Assembly (NCBI GenBank): GCA_034670305.1
Contig: JAXMNT010000010.1
Span: 64,001-128,000, forward strand
Source: Deltaproteobacteria bacterium
Lineage (GTDB): Bacteria > Myxococcota_A > Polyangia > Polyangiales > Houyiibacteriaceae
DNA length: 64,000 nt
Direction of reading: 5' to 3'
Part shown: piece after piece, positions 20,073 through 29,819 of the stretch
How the letters are laid out: each line of letters opens with the position of its first letter
How positions within the stretch are numbered: position 1 is the stretch's first letter
The notes under the pieces: generated by a model
Database searches by the model: none
Told to the model about the DNA's origin: nothing
Seen by the model: the letters and a program-made list of their open reading frames with translations, nothing else
Made by a program: the position numbers and the translations under genes

Positions 20073-21053
20073 TTACGGTTCTTGGTCCGAGCTGAGGATG
20101 CTGGCGCTTGTGACGCCTTCCGACTCGGTGAAAAGTAGGGTGATCACACGGTCGCCCTGGGAGACGGCGAATGTCTCTGCGCCATCGACGGTCACCCGCT
20201 CGCCAGCTCGGCCAGCCAGTTCTTGCCAGCCAGCCTCCGGGAGGCGGGCGCGGTACCAAGTGTTCAGTTCTTCGGGCGAATGATCCTCGGTCGCGTAGAG
20301 GGTCATGCCGTAGGGCTGGCCCGCCACTCGAGAGGACAGGAGCCGCCGCGAATCCGGAGGACGCGGGATGCCATCGACATCGGAGCCAACCGCATCGCCT
20401 TCGGCGGGAAACATCTCGTAGATGTTGATCGGGCTGTCCGTGTACATCGAGATGATCTGCGAGACCTCTTGGTCGCCGTCCCGGTGTCGTTCGACGTAGG
20501 CGTAGCGGAGCGCGCCCACCTCGGAGAGATCGCCGCTGTCCAAGAACGCCGCCACGCGCTCGGCGATCGACGCCGCGTCGCCGTTGTCGTGGTTCTCGCC
20601 GGGGTCGAGACAGGCGACGAAGGCCGTCGGTCCGAAGTCGTGACGAATCACCGAGTCCGAATCGGCCGGGTCACCGGCGCCGAGCGTTCCGACCGCCTGC
20701 ATCTCGGCGATCTGCTCGTGCATGCGGTCGAGCTCCATGCACTTGGCTTCGAAATGGTCGAGCACCGCGTCGACCGGCTGGCGCACCGAGCCACTCATCA
20801 GGTGCACGACGGCGCCGTTGAACTCGACGTCGCGCACCACACCCTGGGTCGATCCCGGGTAGCGCATCAGTTCCGCGCCGAGCCCGAGCATGACCTCGTG
20901 CACATCCGCTTCGGCCTGACGGACCGCGAGGTAGGCGAATCCGGCCCACACCGCGAGCAGGAAGACGAGCACGCGGAGCAGCGCTGGAAGTTTGCGGAGC
21001 GAGCGGCGGGCAAAGCCTTCGCGCGGCTTCGTCGGTGTCTTGGTCGTGGCCAT
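20073..21053 (-). CDS. Membrane-anchored protein of unknown function in the Tad locus
   Basis: One N-terminal TM. Translationally coupled to the upstream TadE-like gene. Confidence 0.75.
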   Translation of the reverse strand: MATTKTPTKPREGFARRSLRKLPALLRVLVFLLAVWAGFAYLAVRQAEADVHEVMLGLGAELMRYPGSTQGVVRDVEFNGAVVHLMSGSVRQPVDAVLDHFEAKCMELDRMHEQIAEMQAVGTLGAGDPADSDSVIRHDFGPTAFVACLDPGENHDNGDAASIAERVAAFLDSGDLSEVGALRYAYVERHRDGDQEVSQIISMYTDSPINIYEMFPAEGDAVGSDVDGIPRPPDSRRLLSSRVAGQPYGMTLYATEDHSPEELNTWYRARLPEAGWQELAGRAGERVTVDGAETFAVSQGDRVITLLFTESEGVTSASILSSDQEP

Positions 21054-21598
21054 CAGAAGATGTCTCCGATGATGCCGTCCCAGACGTCGCCGAGGATCGA
21101 GCCGATGGTTTGACGTTCCGGGTTGCAGACCATCGTGTAGCCCGATGAGACATCCACCGTGCCTCCCCCCAGATACGCTGGTCGATCGTACGACGCGTTG
21201 CCGAATCGGGTGACCTGGCCTCCGAAGAGCCCATCGAGCAGGCTGCCGAGCACGCCACTGAGCGCGCCACCGACGATGCCTTCACCACCGATGTCGGAGA
21301 CGGCACCGCGCAGGTCGCCCATCGCCGTGCCGTCGTCGGTCGGGAATCCTTCGGCGGTGGCGGAACAACTCGGACATCCGGACTCGTCGCCGGCGCCGCA
21401 ATCGCTGAATGCCGCGGCCCAACCGGCTTGCCGGGACTCCGCCATGGAGATCGTCTTCGCGATGGCGCTGTCGTGCACCATGTAGAAGAGCGCGAACACC
21501 AAGATGTACACCGGCAGCATCACGACTGCTTCGGTGTAGGCGGCGCCCTTCTCATCGGCGTGCAGGGTCTTGCGCTGGGTCTGACGTACGATCTTCAT
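21053..21598 (-). CDS. TadE-like minor pilin
   Basis: Prepilin motif DEKG|AAYTE followed by a hydrophobic helix. Confidence 0.8.
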   Translation of the reverse strand: MKIVRQTQRKTLHADEKGAAYTEAVVMLPVYILVFALFYMVHDSAIAKTISMAESRQAGWAAAFSDCGAGDESGCPSCSATAEGFPTDDGTAMGDLRGAVSDIGGEGIVGGALSGVLGSLLDGLFGGQVTRFGNASYDRPAYLGGGTVDVSSGYTMVCNPERQTIGSILGDVWDGIIGDIF

Positions 21599-21607
21599 GG
21601 TCGTTCC

Positions 21608-23803
21608 CTAGTGCGAGAAGAGGTTTCCGAGGAGGGCACCAAACCCGCCTCCGCTGCCACAGGATCCGCCTCCGCCACCACCGGCGCATGCGTCTTCGAT
21701 GGAACCCTCGTCCGCGTCGCCGAAGCTCACGCGACGCAGCCGTGCCATCCAGGACATGTCCCACATCCACTCGGTGCGGCCATGGTCGAGGCCACCTTCC
21801 CAAGTCTCGGTCTGGTTCCAGAAGTACTCCGCCTGGGCCACGCTGAAGCGAGACACCTGGCGTGCGAACGACATGAACTCTCCGACCGTACCGCCGCCGC
21901 CATCGGCCTCGGATCGATCGGTCGCGGCGATCGCCACCCCGTTGTGACCCTGCCGCGACGCGTTCTGGCCCACGACGATGCCGCGCAGCTGGAAGTCGTC
22001 GTCGCCGAGGTAGAGGTCGCCTTCGGTCGAGTCCGGGCAGTCGGTCGAGATGAACGCGCTGTTGCGGTAGCGGCACACCTGCTTGGGACAGCCCCACGCG
22101 CTCGAGCCACCGCAGCTGCCATCGCCCGGCGAGTCACCGAGTTCGAGGGAGACCTCTTCGGTGGTGGTCTTGGTGCAGCTCGAGATCTCGTAGACGATCT
22201 GAACCATCTCCGTGAAACTCTCGACGTCGCTCGGACGTCCCGAAGTCTGCATGCGCCGGAGCGCGTTGGCTTCGGTGGGGAGCGCGTCGCACTGACCCGC
22301 GCAGAGGAGGGGATCGGCGGTGCCACGACAGGGGTTGGTCGGCGCTTCGTATCGGCATGCCGCGCGCCAGGGCGACGACTGCGGACCCCAGAGGGACGGC
22401 CTTCCGAAGCCGGGCCCGTAACACTGGCGGATGTCGTCCCGCCGCTCGGGGCGGCCTTCCACCAGACCCTGGTTCATGTCGTTGCGCTGAATGTCCATGA
22501 ACCGGACCTGACAAGTGCCGCTGCTCGTATCCTTGTAATAAGCGCGGTAGCGGTTCTCGAGCACGTACTGGATGTTCTCCAGGTTGCGGTCTCGGTCCTT
22601 GCGGCAGGTGTTGGCGGCCTGGTTGGCGTTCGCGATGCACTGGCTGTATTCCGAGCCGGTGAGCTGCGGCGAGAATCCGAACGAACCCACACCACCGCGG
22701 GACGAATCCGGTCCCGAACCCTTGTCGCCACATGCGCCGCGGGGCACGGCGTCGGCTGCGTCTTCACAGCTGCCGGGATCGCACTCGAGAATGCTCACCA
22801 CCCGCAGCGAAGCGGTGTAGTCCTCGCACACGCTCTCCCGAGCGCTCTGGCATGCGGGTGAGTCTCGGCTCGACCGACATGGATCGCACCCCGAGTAGGG
22901 TTCGACGTCTCCGGTGTCCGGATCGATGCAGCTGTGCGCGCACGCTTGTTGGACCGCGCTCTCGGGGAAGCCCACCGTGGTCTCGGTGCCGAAGGAAGGT
23001 GGCTCACTCGAGTCCCCGTCGCTGGCGCCGCAGTAGTAGGCCTTGAGGGGTGTGAGGATCGCGCCGATCGAACCGCTCACGGCACTGCCGATCGCACCGC
23101 CGACCACTGGGATCGCTTCGAACGGCGCCGCCACGACGTCCTTCACCATCTTGCCACCGCGGTCGCAGGTCTCGCGTAAACGATCGTCGTCGACGGGTAA
23201 ACGCCCCCACACCGGCCACACGAATCCGAACTCCGAGGGTGGCGAATACGCAGAGGCCCGCGACATGTCGACCGCGCGCACTTGAGAGAGCGCTGGCCAG
23301 ACGAGCGCGATCACGTCCTGTGCTTTGGACGCCACCTTGGTGATCTTCTGCACCGCGGTCTCGACGCGGTTGATGATGTTGTTCAGGCGGATGTTGATGT
23401 TGGCGAGCGTCGGCAACACGGCGCAGCCGATGCCTGGGAAGAAGCACAAGCCCGTGGCGATCGCGGTGCCGATCGCCACCAGCACCTGCGCGACCCGGAG
23501 CGCGAGAAGCACGGCCACGGCAACAGCCATGATGATGTTGAGCAGCACGATGAGGTTCATGCCGCGGGCATTCATCGACGCGCCGGCGAATGACGTCGCG
23601 TCGGCGGCGTCCTGCATCGCTTCGCGGTGAATCACCGCCTCGGTGATGCCCACGATGTAGTAGAGGAGCGCCACCAAGAACACGGCCATGAACAGGCCCA
23701 TGATCATGATCGCGCCGCCCTTGTCCTCGTGGAGCGAGCGCGACTCGTCGTCGAGCGCATCCACGTCCACAACGGCGGGTACGTGTCGGGTTCGTCGGAT
23801 CAT
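21608..23803 (-). CDS. TadG-like large Cys-rich minor pilin / tip protein
   Basis: DKGG|AIMIMGLF pilin-like N-terminus, MQDAADATSFAGA Tad motif, long Cys-rich body. ATG overlaps the upstream stop (ATGA). Confidence 0.8.
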   Translation of the reverse strand: MIRRTRHVPAVVDVDALDDESRSLHEDKGGAIMIMGLFMAVFLVALLYYIVGITEAVIHREAMQDAADATSFAGASMNARGMNLIVLLNIIMAVAVAVLLALRVAQVLVAIGTAIATGLCFFPGIGCAVLPTLANINIRLNNIINRVETAVQKITKVASKAQDVIALVWPALSQVRAVDMSRASAYSPPSEFGFVWPVWGRLPVDDDRLRETCDRGGKMVKDVVAAPFEAIPVVGGAIGSAVSGSIGAILTPLKAYYCGASDGDSSEPPSFGTETTVGFPESAVQQACAHSCIDPDTGDVEPYSGCDPCRSSRDSPACQSARESVCEDYTASLRVVSILECDPGSCEDAADAVPRGACGDKGSGPDSSRGGVGSFGFSPQLTGSEYSQCIANANQAANTCRKDRDRNLENIQYVLENRYRAYYKDTSSGTCQVRFMDIQRNDMNQGLVEGRPERRDDIRQCYGPGFGRPSLWGPQSSPWRAACRYEAPTNPCRGTADPLLCAGQCDALPTEANALRRMQTSGRPSDVESFTEMVQIVYEISSCTKTTTEEVSLELGDSPGDGSCGGSSAWGCPKQVCRYRNSAFISTDCPDSTEGDLYLGDDDFQLRGIVVGQNASRQGHNGVAIAATDRSEADGGGGTVGEFMSFARQVSRFSVAQAEYFWNQTETWEGGLDHGRTEWMWDMSWMARLRRVSFGDADEGSIEDACAGGGGGGSCGSGGGFGALLGNLFSH

Positions 23804-24810
23804 TCGCACAGCTCGCTTCGATGGCAGGCCGAACCTCGGCCGACGTGGCATTCCAGGTCGCGGTTGATGCAGGTGTTGCCGCAGGGCTTGCCGATGTTGC
23901 AGACCGGGCTGCAGGAAGTGACGCAGTCGCGGCTGCTGCTCGAGCCTCCGCCGGAGCTCGCGGTGTCGGCTTCGCCACCCTGTTCGCTCGCGTACTGGTA
24001 ACCGGCGCCCTGGTAGATGAGGGTGCTCTCGGCACGCAGGATCTGGAAACACGCGCCGGACAAGCTCGCCACCGCCGTGAAGAGGCCCGCGCCCTCGCCG
24101 AAGATCGGCATCATCGCGCCCGAGAGCTCGTGGTAGCCGTCCTCGCTCTGCGAGCTGAGGTTGATCGGCGAATCGCACATGAGCTGCGCCGCGAACGGCA
24201 CCGCGCAGTTGAAGAGGTACGTCACGCGGGTCGTGATCGGGACCGGCGTCACGGGCGGCGGTGAGGCAGGAAAGTTCTGCGCGCCACTCGTCTGGACCCC
24301 AGTCGCACCGGGTCCGGTCGGGAACGTCACCGCGACCGCGGTGAAGTTGTAGATGAGCCCGCTCAAGAATCGATAGTGGGCGTCGCCGATCGCGCCGCGC
24401 ACACTCTCGGCGCCGCCCCGACCGAGGTGGGAGGGCTGAGGCGCGATGCCGAGCAACGGCTTGTACGCCGCCCAGCGGATCGTGTTGAGGCGCGGATCCC
24501 CGTTGAAGGAGACCGCGCCGAAGATGTCGAACCCACCGAGCGTGGAGGGCGTGCCGCCGTCTCCCGAGTCGCTCCAGTTGATCTGGTGTTTGGGGGTCTC
24601 GCTGCCGCGGTAGCGCGCGGGATCGTCCGGAAGCACGACCACCGCCGAGCGCGCAGCGGCGTCGGCGGAGTGTTGAACGATGACGTCGGCCCCGTAGAGG
24701 AGACCGATCTGGGTCATGCCCAACCACAGCGTGAAGAGCGGCATGAACACCACCAGGAACTCGACGTAAACCGCGGCGCGGGTGTCGTCTCGAAGGCGCC
24801 GTCTCTTCAT
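23800..24810 (-). CDS. TadE-like minor pilin with C-terminal Cys-rich module
   Basis: DDTRA|AVYVEF, VQHSADAAARSAVV TadE motif, C-terminal 8-Cys segment. Confidence 0.82.
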   Translation of the reverse strand: MKRRRLRDDTRAAVYVEFLVVFMPLFTLWLGMTQIGLLYGADVIVQHSADAAARSAVVVLPDDPARYRGSETPKHQINWSDSGDGGTPSTLGGFDIFGAVSFNGDPRLNTIRWAAYKPLLGIAPQPSHLGRGGAESVRGAIGDAHYRFLSGLIYNFTAVAVTFPTGPGATGVQTSGAQNFPASPPPVTPVPITTRVTYLFNCAVPFAAQLMCDSPINLSSQSEDGYHELSGAMMPIFGEGAGLFTAVASLSGACFQILRAESTLIYQGAGYQYASEQGGEADTASSGGGSSSSRDCVTSCSPVCNIGKPCGNTCINRDLECHVGRGSACHRSELCE

Positions 24811-24814
24811 GGCG

Positions 24815-25354
24815 TCAGCTCCAAAGTTCGGGGTGGTGGGAAAGTACGGATACGGAAGCGCCGATGAAGAACGCGCCCCCCATACGAACGGTGCTCATCA
24901 ACGAAGGAGGAACACGGCGGCGCCACGATTTGGGCATGAGGGGGTTGAGGGCCAGGAACACAGAATTGGAGAGGGTGCGGAAGAGTTTGCCTTCGTAGGC
25001 GAGTCGTCCAAACGCATAAAGCGCAGCCACGACGAAACCTGCGAGCTCGAACTCGAGCCCATTGGTCAGTCCCGCGACCGCGCCCATTGCGGCGACCAGT
25101 TTCAGGTCGCCTCCTCCGATCGCACGCAACTTCCAAAGAAGCCACGGGACGAAGGCACAGGCAGCCATCCCTCCAACGGAGGATGCCAGCCCCCAGAAAC
25201 CCTCTGCCAGCCCCCAAACGAGGGGGCCGATGAACAGAGGTGGGTACGTCAACCAGTTGGGGATTTCCCCCTTGCGCCAATCAGTGACTGCGGCAACGAA
25301 CGCGAGTCCGACCGCAGCACACTGACCAGCGAGGGTGACGTCCAGAGAGGGCAC
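24815..25354 (-). CDS. cpaA: Prepilin peptidase CpaA/TadV (A24)
   Basis: AAVTDWRKGEIPN and IGGGDLKL catalytic Asp motifs. Confidence 0.9.
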   Translation of the reverse strand: MPSLDVTLAGQCAAVGLAFVAAVTDWRKGEIPNWLTYPPLFIGPLVWGLAEGFWGLASSVGGMAACAFVPWLLWKLRAIGGGDLKLVAAMGAVAGLTNGLEFELAGFVVAALYAFGRLAYEGKLFRTLSNSVFLALNPLMPKSWRRRVPPSLMSTVRMGGAFFIGASVSVLSHHPELWS

Positions 25355-25378
25355 GTCGGTTACGCCAACGTGCTGCGG

Positions 25379-25567
25379 TCAGCTACCGCGCAAGCCCTCG
25401 ATGTCGGTCGTCGACGTCGTCACGTTCTCACGTACCGCGTCGCCGAAGCTGCGCCACACCGTGATGGCGAGCACCGCGATGAGGACGAGAATGATGATGT
25501 ACTCGACCGTCGAAAGTCCTTCTTCGTTGGAAGCGAGCTTGGTCTGGAGGTTTCTTACGATCTTCAT
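25379..25567 (-). CDS. flp: Flp major pilin
   Basis: NEEG|LSTVEY Flp motif, 62 aa, hydrophobic helix. Confidence 0.92.
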   Translation of the reverse strand: MKIVRNLQTKLASNEEGLSTVEYIIILVLIAVLAITVWRSFGDAVRENVTTSTTDIEGLRGS

Positions 25568-25630
25568 TGTGGTGTCACCCTTGGTTTGGTCCGGTTTGGG
25601 GGTCCCGGCTCAGCCGGGTACCGCTCCACA

Positions 25631-25861
25631 TCATGGGATGGGGAGCAGAATCACGAGTTCTACGTAGTCGTAGAGGTTCAGGAGAGGGGTTCCGAGCGTC
25701 ACGACCGCGGCCGCGCCGCCAATCGTCACCATGCTGGCGAGCGTGAGGTACTCGACGAAGATGGCGCCGGTGGTGTCGTCGCGAAGGCTCTCGGCTTTCC
25801 GAGTGCGCGTGCGCTTCAACCAGCCGCCCGTAGCGGCATCTTGCAAAAGTCGTCCAGCCAT
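25631..25861 (-). CDS. Flp-like small pilin
   Basis: DDTTG|AIFVEY motif with a hydrophobic C-terminus ending LLPIP. Exact start uncertain. Confidence 0.7.
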   Translation of the reverse strand: MAGRLLQDAATGGWLKRTRTRKAESLRDDTTGAIFVEYLTLASMVTIGGAAAVVTLGTPLLNLYDYVELVILLPIP

Positions 25862-25967
25862 GCGGCGGGCACCATTCTCCCGACCTTGGTGTACTCCGGT
25901 TCCAGCGAGGCTGTCAACGGGTACCGATATGGTGGAAGCGAAGGTCATTGGGAACGGGGACCTCTAG

Positions 25968-25983
25968 TGCAACCGCAGTGCCA
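25968..25983 (-). promoter_or_regulatory. sigma54 promoter of the flp/tad operon
   Basis: Minus strand TGGCAC-TGCGG-TTGCA is a perfect -24/-12 consensus, with a lower-GC upstream region. Confidence 0.85.
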
Positions 25984-26311
25984 TCTCTGCAAACCTTAGA
26001 GATCTCCCATTAACCCCACGATCTTTGGATCGGCGAGCAGCGATCGGGACGGAGTGTCGCGATCCGTAGGAGACTTAAAACCCATTATGGGGTCAGCGGT
26101 CCCCAGCTGTACAAAGCTTGCACACTGTTTCTTTTCTCGAAGGAATGGGCCCGATCGGATCGGAAAACGCCGCAATCGTGCCGTGGCCTCCAAGGACACA
26201 CCGATCGGGGCGAAGAAATGCGATCTAGCGGTCGAGGTTTGCTCGAGCCCAAAGCCGGACGCCCGTGGCGAAGCCGTATCCGAACTGCGGTGGGGTGCGA
26301 TATGTTGCAGC

Positions 26312-27598
26312 ATGCGTTTTGTCCTGATCGGGTGTGGGTGCCTTCTGGCGTGCAGTGGCGGGGAGTCGAGGGAGCGCAGCGCGGTGGCGTTGGCGGTTGG
26401 CATCAACGACGTGTGCGTGATCAGTGGCGAAACCTCTGCAGCCGAGGACGCGGGCCAGGACGCGGGCCAGGACGCGGGCCAGGACGCAGGCCAGGACGCG
26501 GGCAGCCTGGAAGACGCCGGCGTGCTCGAGGATGCGGGGCTGCTGGAAGACGCTGGATCCCCCGAAGACGCTGGGGTGGACGCCGGTTTGGTCGACCTGG
26601 ACGCTGGGTCGTCGGGCGATGCCGGTCCCGCGCCGGTCGCCGTCAGTGGCCAGGTCTCCTGCTGGGGCAACGGTCAGTCGCCCCTCCGGCCCACTGACGG
26701 GATGCGCAGCGCCTCTCAGATCACGCTCGGTGCTGCGCGCTGCTTCATCGACGATGGCGAGCTGCTCTGCCTCGGCCAGAACGACGATGGGGAGCTCGGC
26801 GACGGGACCACCGAAGATCGGGAGCGGGCGGTGGGCCTGCCTACGCTTCGCCGCGCCGAGTTCGTGCAGACCAGCCGCTTCGGGGCCCAACACTTCACGT
26901 GCGCCATCGTGGAGGGAGAAGTGTGGTGTTGGGGCGCCGGCGACCGCGGTCAGCTCGGCGACCGCACGACCGACACCCGCTCGACTCCGGCTCGGGTCCG
27001 CGGGATCTCCGCCGCGACGGCGCTGACGCTCGGGGCCGAACACGCATGCGTACTCGAAGGCGGACAGCCGTTCTGCTGGGGCGCGGGCACGCTCGGCCAG
27101 CTCGGCAACGACATGTTGTTCGACCAGGACGCGCCGGTGGGCGTCGAACTCACGGACGTCCTCTCGATCGCGGCCGGCGGCTACCACACCTGCGCGGTGA
27201 CCTCCGATGGCATCGTCCACTGCTGGGGCGACTCGAGCCAAGGCCAGCTCGGCGTGGCCATTCCTGGGGACGATGGGTTCCCGACGCCCATCGCCATCTT
27301 CGGTGTCGCCGACGCGGTGTCGGTCGCGGCGGGTGCGGCCCACACCTGCGCCCTCTCCGCCGGCACGATGTTCTGCTGGGGTGCCAACGACGCGGCCCAA
27401 ACCGGCGAGAGTGGCGTCACCGTCCGCCGCACCCCCGTGAGCCCTGAGATCGCCAACGTGGTCCAGATGGGCCTCGGCGCCCGTTTCACCTGCGCCCTCA
27501 CCAGCGAAGGCGCCGTTCTCTGCTTCGGCGCCAACGACCTCGCCCAACTCGGCTCCCCCGGCGCCGACCGCGTCCGCCCCCAGACCGTCCGCTTCTAA
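26312..27598 (+). CDS. RCC1-repeat lipoprotein with DAG-repeat linker
   Basis: Lipobox LLAC, repeated CWG...GQLG / HTCA units, (DAGQ)n 12-bp repeats. Confidence 0.88.
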   Translation: MRFVLIGCGCLLACSGGESRERSAVALAVGINDVCVISGETSAAEDAGQDAGQDAGQDAGQDAGSLEDAGVLEDAGLLEDAGSPEDAGVDAGLVDLDAGSSGDAGPAPVAVSGQVSCWGNGQSPLRPTDGMRSASQITLGAARCFIDDGELLCLGQNDDGELGDGTTEDRERAVGLPTLRRAEFVQTSRFGAQHFTCAIVEGEVWCWGAGDRGQLGDRTTDTRSTPARVRGISAATALTLGAEHACVLEGGQPFCWGAGTLGQLGNDMLFDQDAPVGVELTDVLSIAAGGYHTCAVTSDGIVHCWGDSSQGQLGVAIPGDDGFPTPIAIFGVADAVSVAAGAAHTCALSAGTMFCWGANDAAQTGESGVTVRRTPVSPEIANVVQMGLGARFTCALTSEGAVLCFGANDLAQLGSPGADRVRPQTVRF

Positions 27599-27610
27599 GT
27601 CGTCAGACCA

Positions 27611-27937
27611 GCGTCGGCTCCGGCGTCGGCATCGGCTCCGGCGTCGGCTCCGGCTTCGGCTTCGGCGTCGGCTTCGGCATCGCCATCGGCTTCGGCGTCG
27701 GCATCGGCATCGGCATCGGCCTCGGCATCGGCTTCGGCGTCGGCTTCGGCATCGCCATCGGCGTCGGCATCGGCATCGGCGTCGGCGTCGGCATCGGCTT
27801 CGGCTCCGGCGTCGGCATCGGCATCGGCTTCGGCATCGGCTTCGGCATCGGCTTCGGCATCGGCCTCGGCTTCGGCTTCTGCTTCTGCTTCGGCGTCGCC
27901 TTCGGCTTCAGTATCGGCTTCGGCTTCGGCGTCGGCC
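27611..27937. repeat. Hexamer tract T1 (GGCTTC/GGCGTC/GGCATC)n
   Basis: Fills the gap between convergent stops at 27598 and 27939. Confidence 0.95.
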
Positions 27938-27938
27938 T

Positions 27939-29819
27939 CTAACGCTGGCGCCGTCGCAGCCCGACCATCGCCACGAAGACCCACGCCGCCCCCGCGCCCG
28001 CGCCCCCACCGACGCTGCACCCGCCGCCCCCAGCCGCCTCGGGCTCCGGCGGCGGCACGCAGAGCAGTTCGCCCTCGTGGTCGTCGCAGACGGTGCCGAC
28101 GTCGCATCCGCCGGCCGCCCCACAACTCCGGGTGCAGGTGCCGCCCGAGTCACGGACCACGCACCGGCCGCTCAAACACTCGGCGTCGACGCCGCATGCT
28201 TCGCCGAGCACGGCGCCCGCCGGCACGCAGCGTTCCCCGTCGCACTCGAAGCCGTCGGCGCAGTCACCGGCCGAGGGGCAGCGGGTGGTGCAGACCGTGC
28301 CGCCTTCGGTCGCGGTGCACTCGCGCTCGCCGGCGCAGTCCATCGCGTCGACGCAGCGCGCGCCATCCGAACCGAGGTCGCCGCGCTCACACAATCCGCT
28401 GCGGCAGTGAAATCCATCCGCGCAGTCGGGCGGGCACGCCGTCGTGCAGTACCCCTCCGCATGGCAGTTGCCGGACACACACTGTTCCGCCGCGTCGCAC
28501 GCATCGCCGAGGCCCCGAGCTTCCCCGAGGATCGCCGGATCGACGCAGCCGCCGCACGCACCGTCCGGCGCCGCGCATGCCCGATCGATCGGACATTGAC
28601 CGGCGCCGCCTTCGCAACGGTGCACGCATCGGCGGTTGCCGTCGCCGGGATCGACGCAGGCCAGACTTGCGCAGTCGGTGTCGGCCGCGCAGGTCTCGCC
28701 GTCGGGGGCGGCGCCACGCACGCCGGCCACGCAGGTCCCCTCGCAGCCACTGGTCGGCGCGCAGTACGCGCCGGGCGTCGCGATCGAATCGCCACCGAAC
28801 GGATGATCGATCGAAGCGCAGGTATCGACCGGCTGCCGCGGATCGCACGCATGGGTGCAGACCCGTCCGGCCGGCGTGTCTCCGCAGACAACCGGATCGT
28901 CGAGCAACCCGCGCAAGCCGAACCCGAACCGTTCCGGCAGTTGCGCGAAGGCGCAATCGTCGTCGGTTTCACACGCCCCGCCGAGCGGCTGACAGGTCTC
29001 GTCGATCGTGCCGTCGCAGTCGTCGTCGACCGAGTTGCAGGCCTCGTCCGACACGCCAGGGCAGTCGCCCGCTTCCAGCAACGCTTCATCCACGATGCCA
29101 CTGAGCCGATCGATCCGGTTGTGGCCGTCTCGGGAGCTCGGACAACTCTCGGCCTGACCGAAACTCGCGACCCCCACGATGCGGCGCGGCGAGCCCTCGA
29201 GGATCATCGGGCCACCCGAGTCGCCGGAGCAGATGTTCATCGACGAGTAGAGCACGTTGGCGTCGATCGAGTTGAGCGTGCCCGTCGTGAGGTACTTCGT
29301 GCCGGAGCCGCCTTCGGGTGTCTGTCCGTAGCCGATGAACGTGAAGGTCTCGCCCACGAGCGCGCTCGGGTCCTCGCGCATCATTTCCATGGGCGCGACG
29401 TCGGGGAGGTTGCCGTCCGCGTCGGGACGGATCGTGACCACGCCGACGTCCTGACCAATGAGCCCAGTGAGCAGACCGTCGTCTCGGTAGGTGCCCGGCG
29501 TCGTGTCCACGCGTCGAATGCGGTAGTCGACGGTGTTCCGTACGTCTCGTCCGACGCCGATGGAGAGCAGCCCGAGCGCGTGGGGCCGCCCGAGACCCGC
29601 GCCCTGCACACAGTGTTTGGCGGTGAGCACGACCGTCGGCGAGACGAAGGTGCCGGTGCACAGACCCACCCCGCCGACCAGCTTCACGAGCACCACGCTG
29701 TGTTCGTCCGGAGCCAGGGTGCCGTCGACGATCTCCGCCCGCGAGGCGCCGATGTCCTCGTCGGGTCCGACCACACAACCGACCCCAAGGAGCACAACCA
29801 GCCACGGAACATGTTTCAC
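27939..29819 (-). CDS. S1 (trypsin-like) serine protease with Cys-rich repeats and MYXO-CTERM sorting signal
   Basis: LTAKHC, DVGVV and CSGDSGGP triad motifs. C-terminal GGGGCSV-hydrophobic-RRRQR. Confidence 0.9.
   Translation of the reverse strand: MKHVPWLVVLLGVGCVVGPDEDIGASRAEIVDGTLAPDEHSVVLVKLVGGVGLCTGTFVSPTVVLTAKHCVQGAGLGRPHALGLLSIGVGRDVRNTVDYRIRRVDTTPGTYRDDGLLTGLIGQDVGVVTIRPDADGNLPDVAPMEMMREDPSALVGETFTFIGYGQTPEGGSGTKYLTTGTLNSIDANVLYSSMNICSGDSGGPMILEGSPRRIVGVASFGQAESCPSSRDGHNRIDRLSGIVDEALLEAGDCPGVSDEACNSVDDDCDGTIDETCQPLGGACETDDDCAFAQLPERFGFGLRGLLDDPVVCGDTPAGRVCTHACDPRQPVDTCASIDHPFGGDSIATPGAYCAPTSGCEGTCVAGVRGAAPDGETCAADTDCASLACVDPGDGNRRCVHRCEGGAGQCPIDRACAAPDGACGGCVDPAILGEARGLGDACDAAEQCVSGNCHAEGYCTTACPPDCADGFHCRSGLCERGDLGSDGARCVDAMDCAGERECTATEGGTVCTTRCPSAGDCADGFECDGERCVPAGAVLGEACGVDAECLSGRCVVRDSGGTCTRSCGAAGGCDVGTVCDDHEGELLCVPPPEPEAAGGGGCSVGGGAGAGAAWVFVAMVGLRRRQR

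Noticed and set aside
19969-20259. 96-aa ORF bridging to cpaB
   Set aside because: Mostly overlaps the 20073-21053 gene in another frame and has no recognisable features.
27595-28125. Low-complexity ORFs (EADA, PKPM, CRCL, GFGV) over the hexamer tracts, also at 33652, 36913, 37069, 38893, 43176 and 60013
   Set aside because: Stop-free by-products of hexamer periodicity. They overlap real genes and have no domains.
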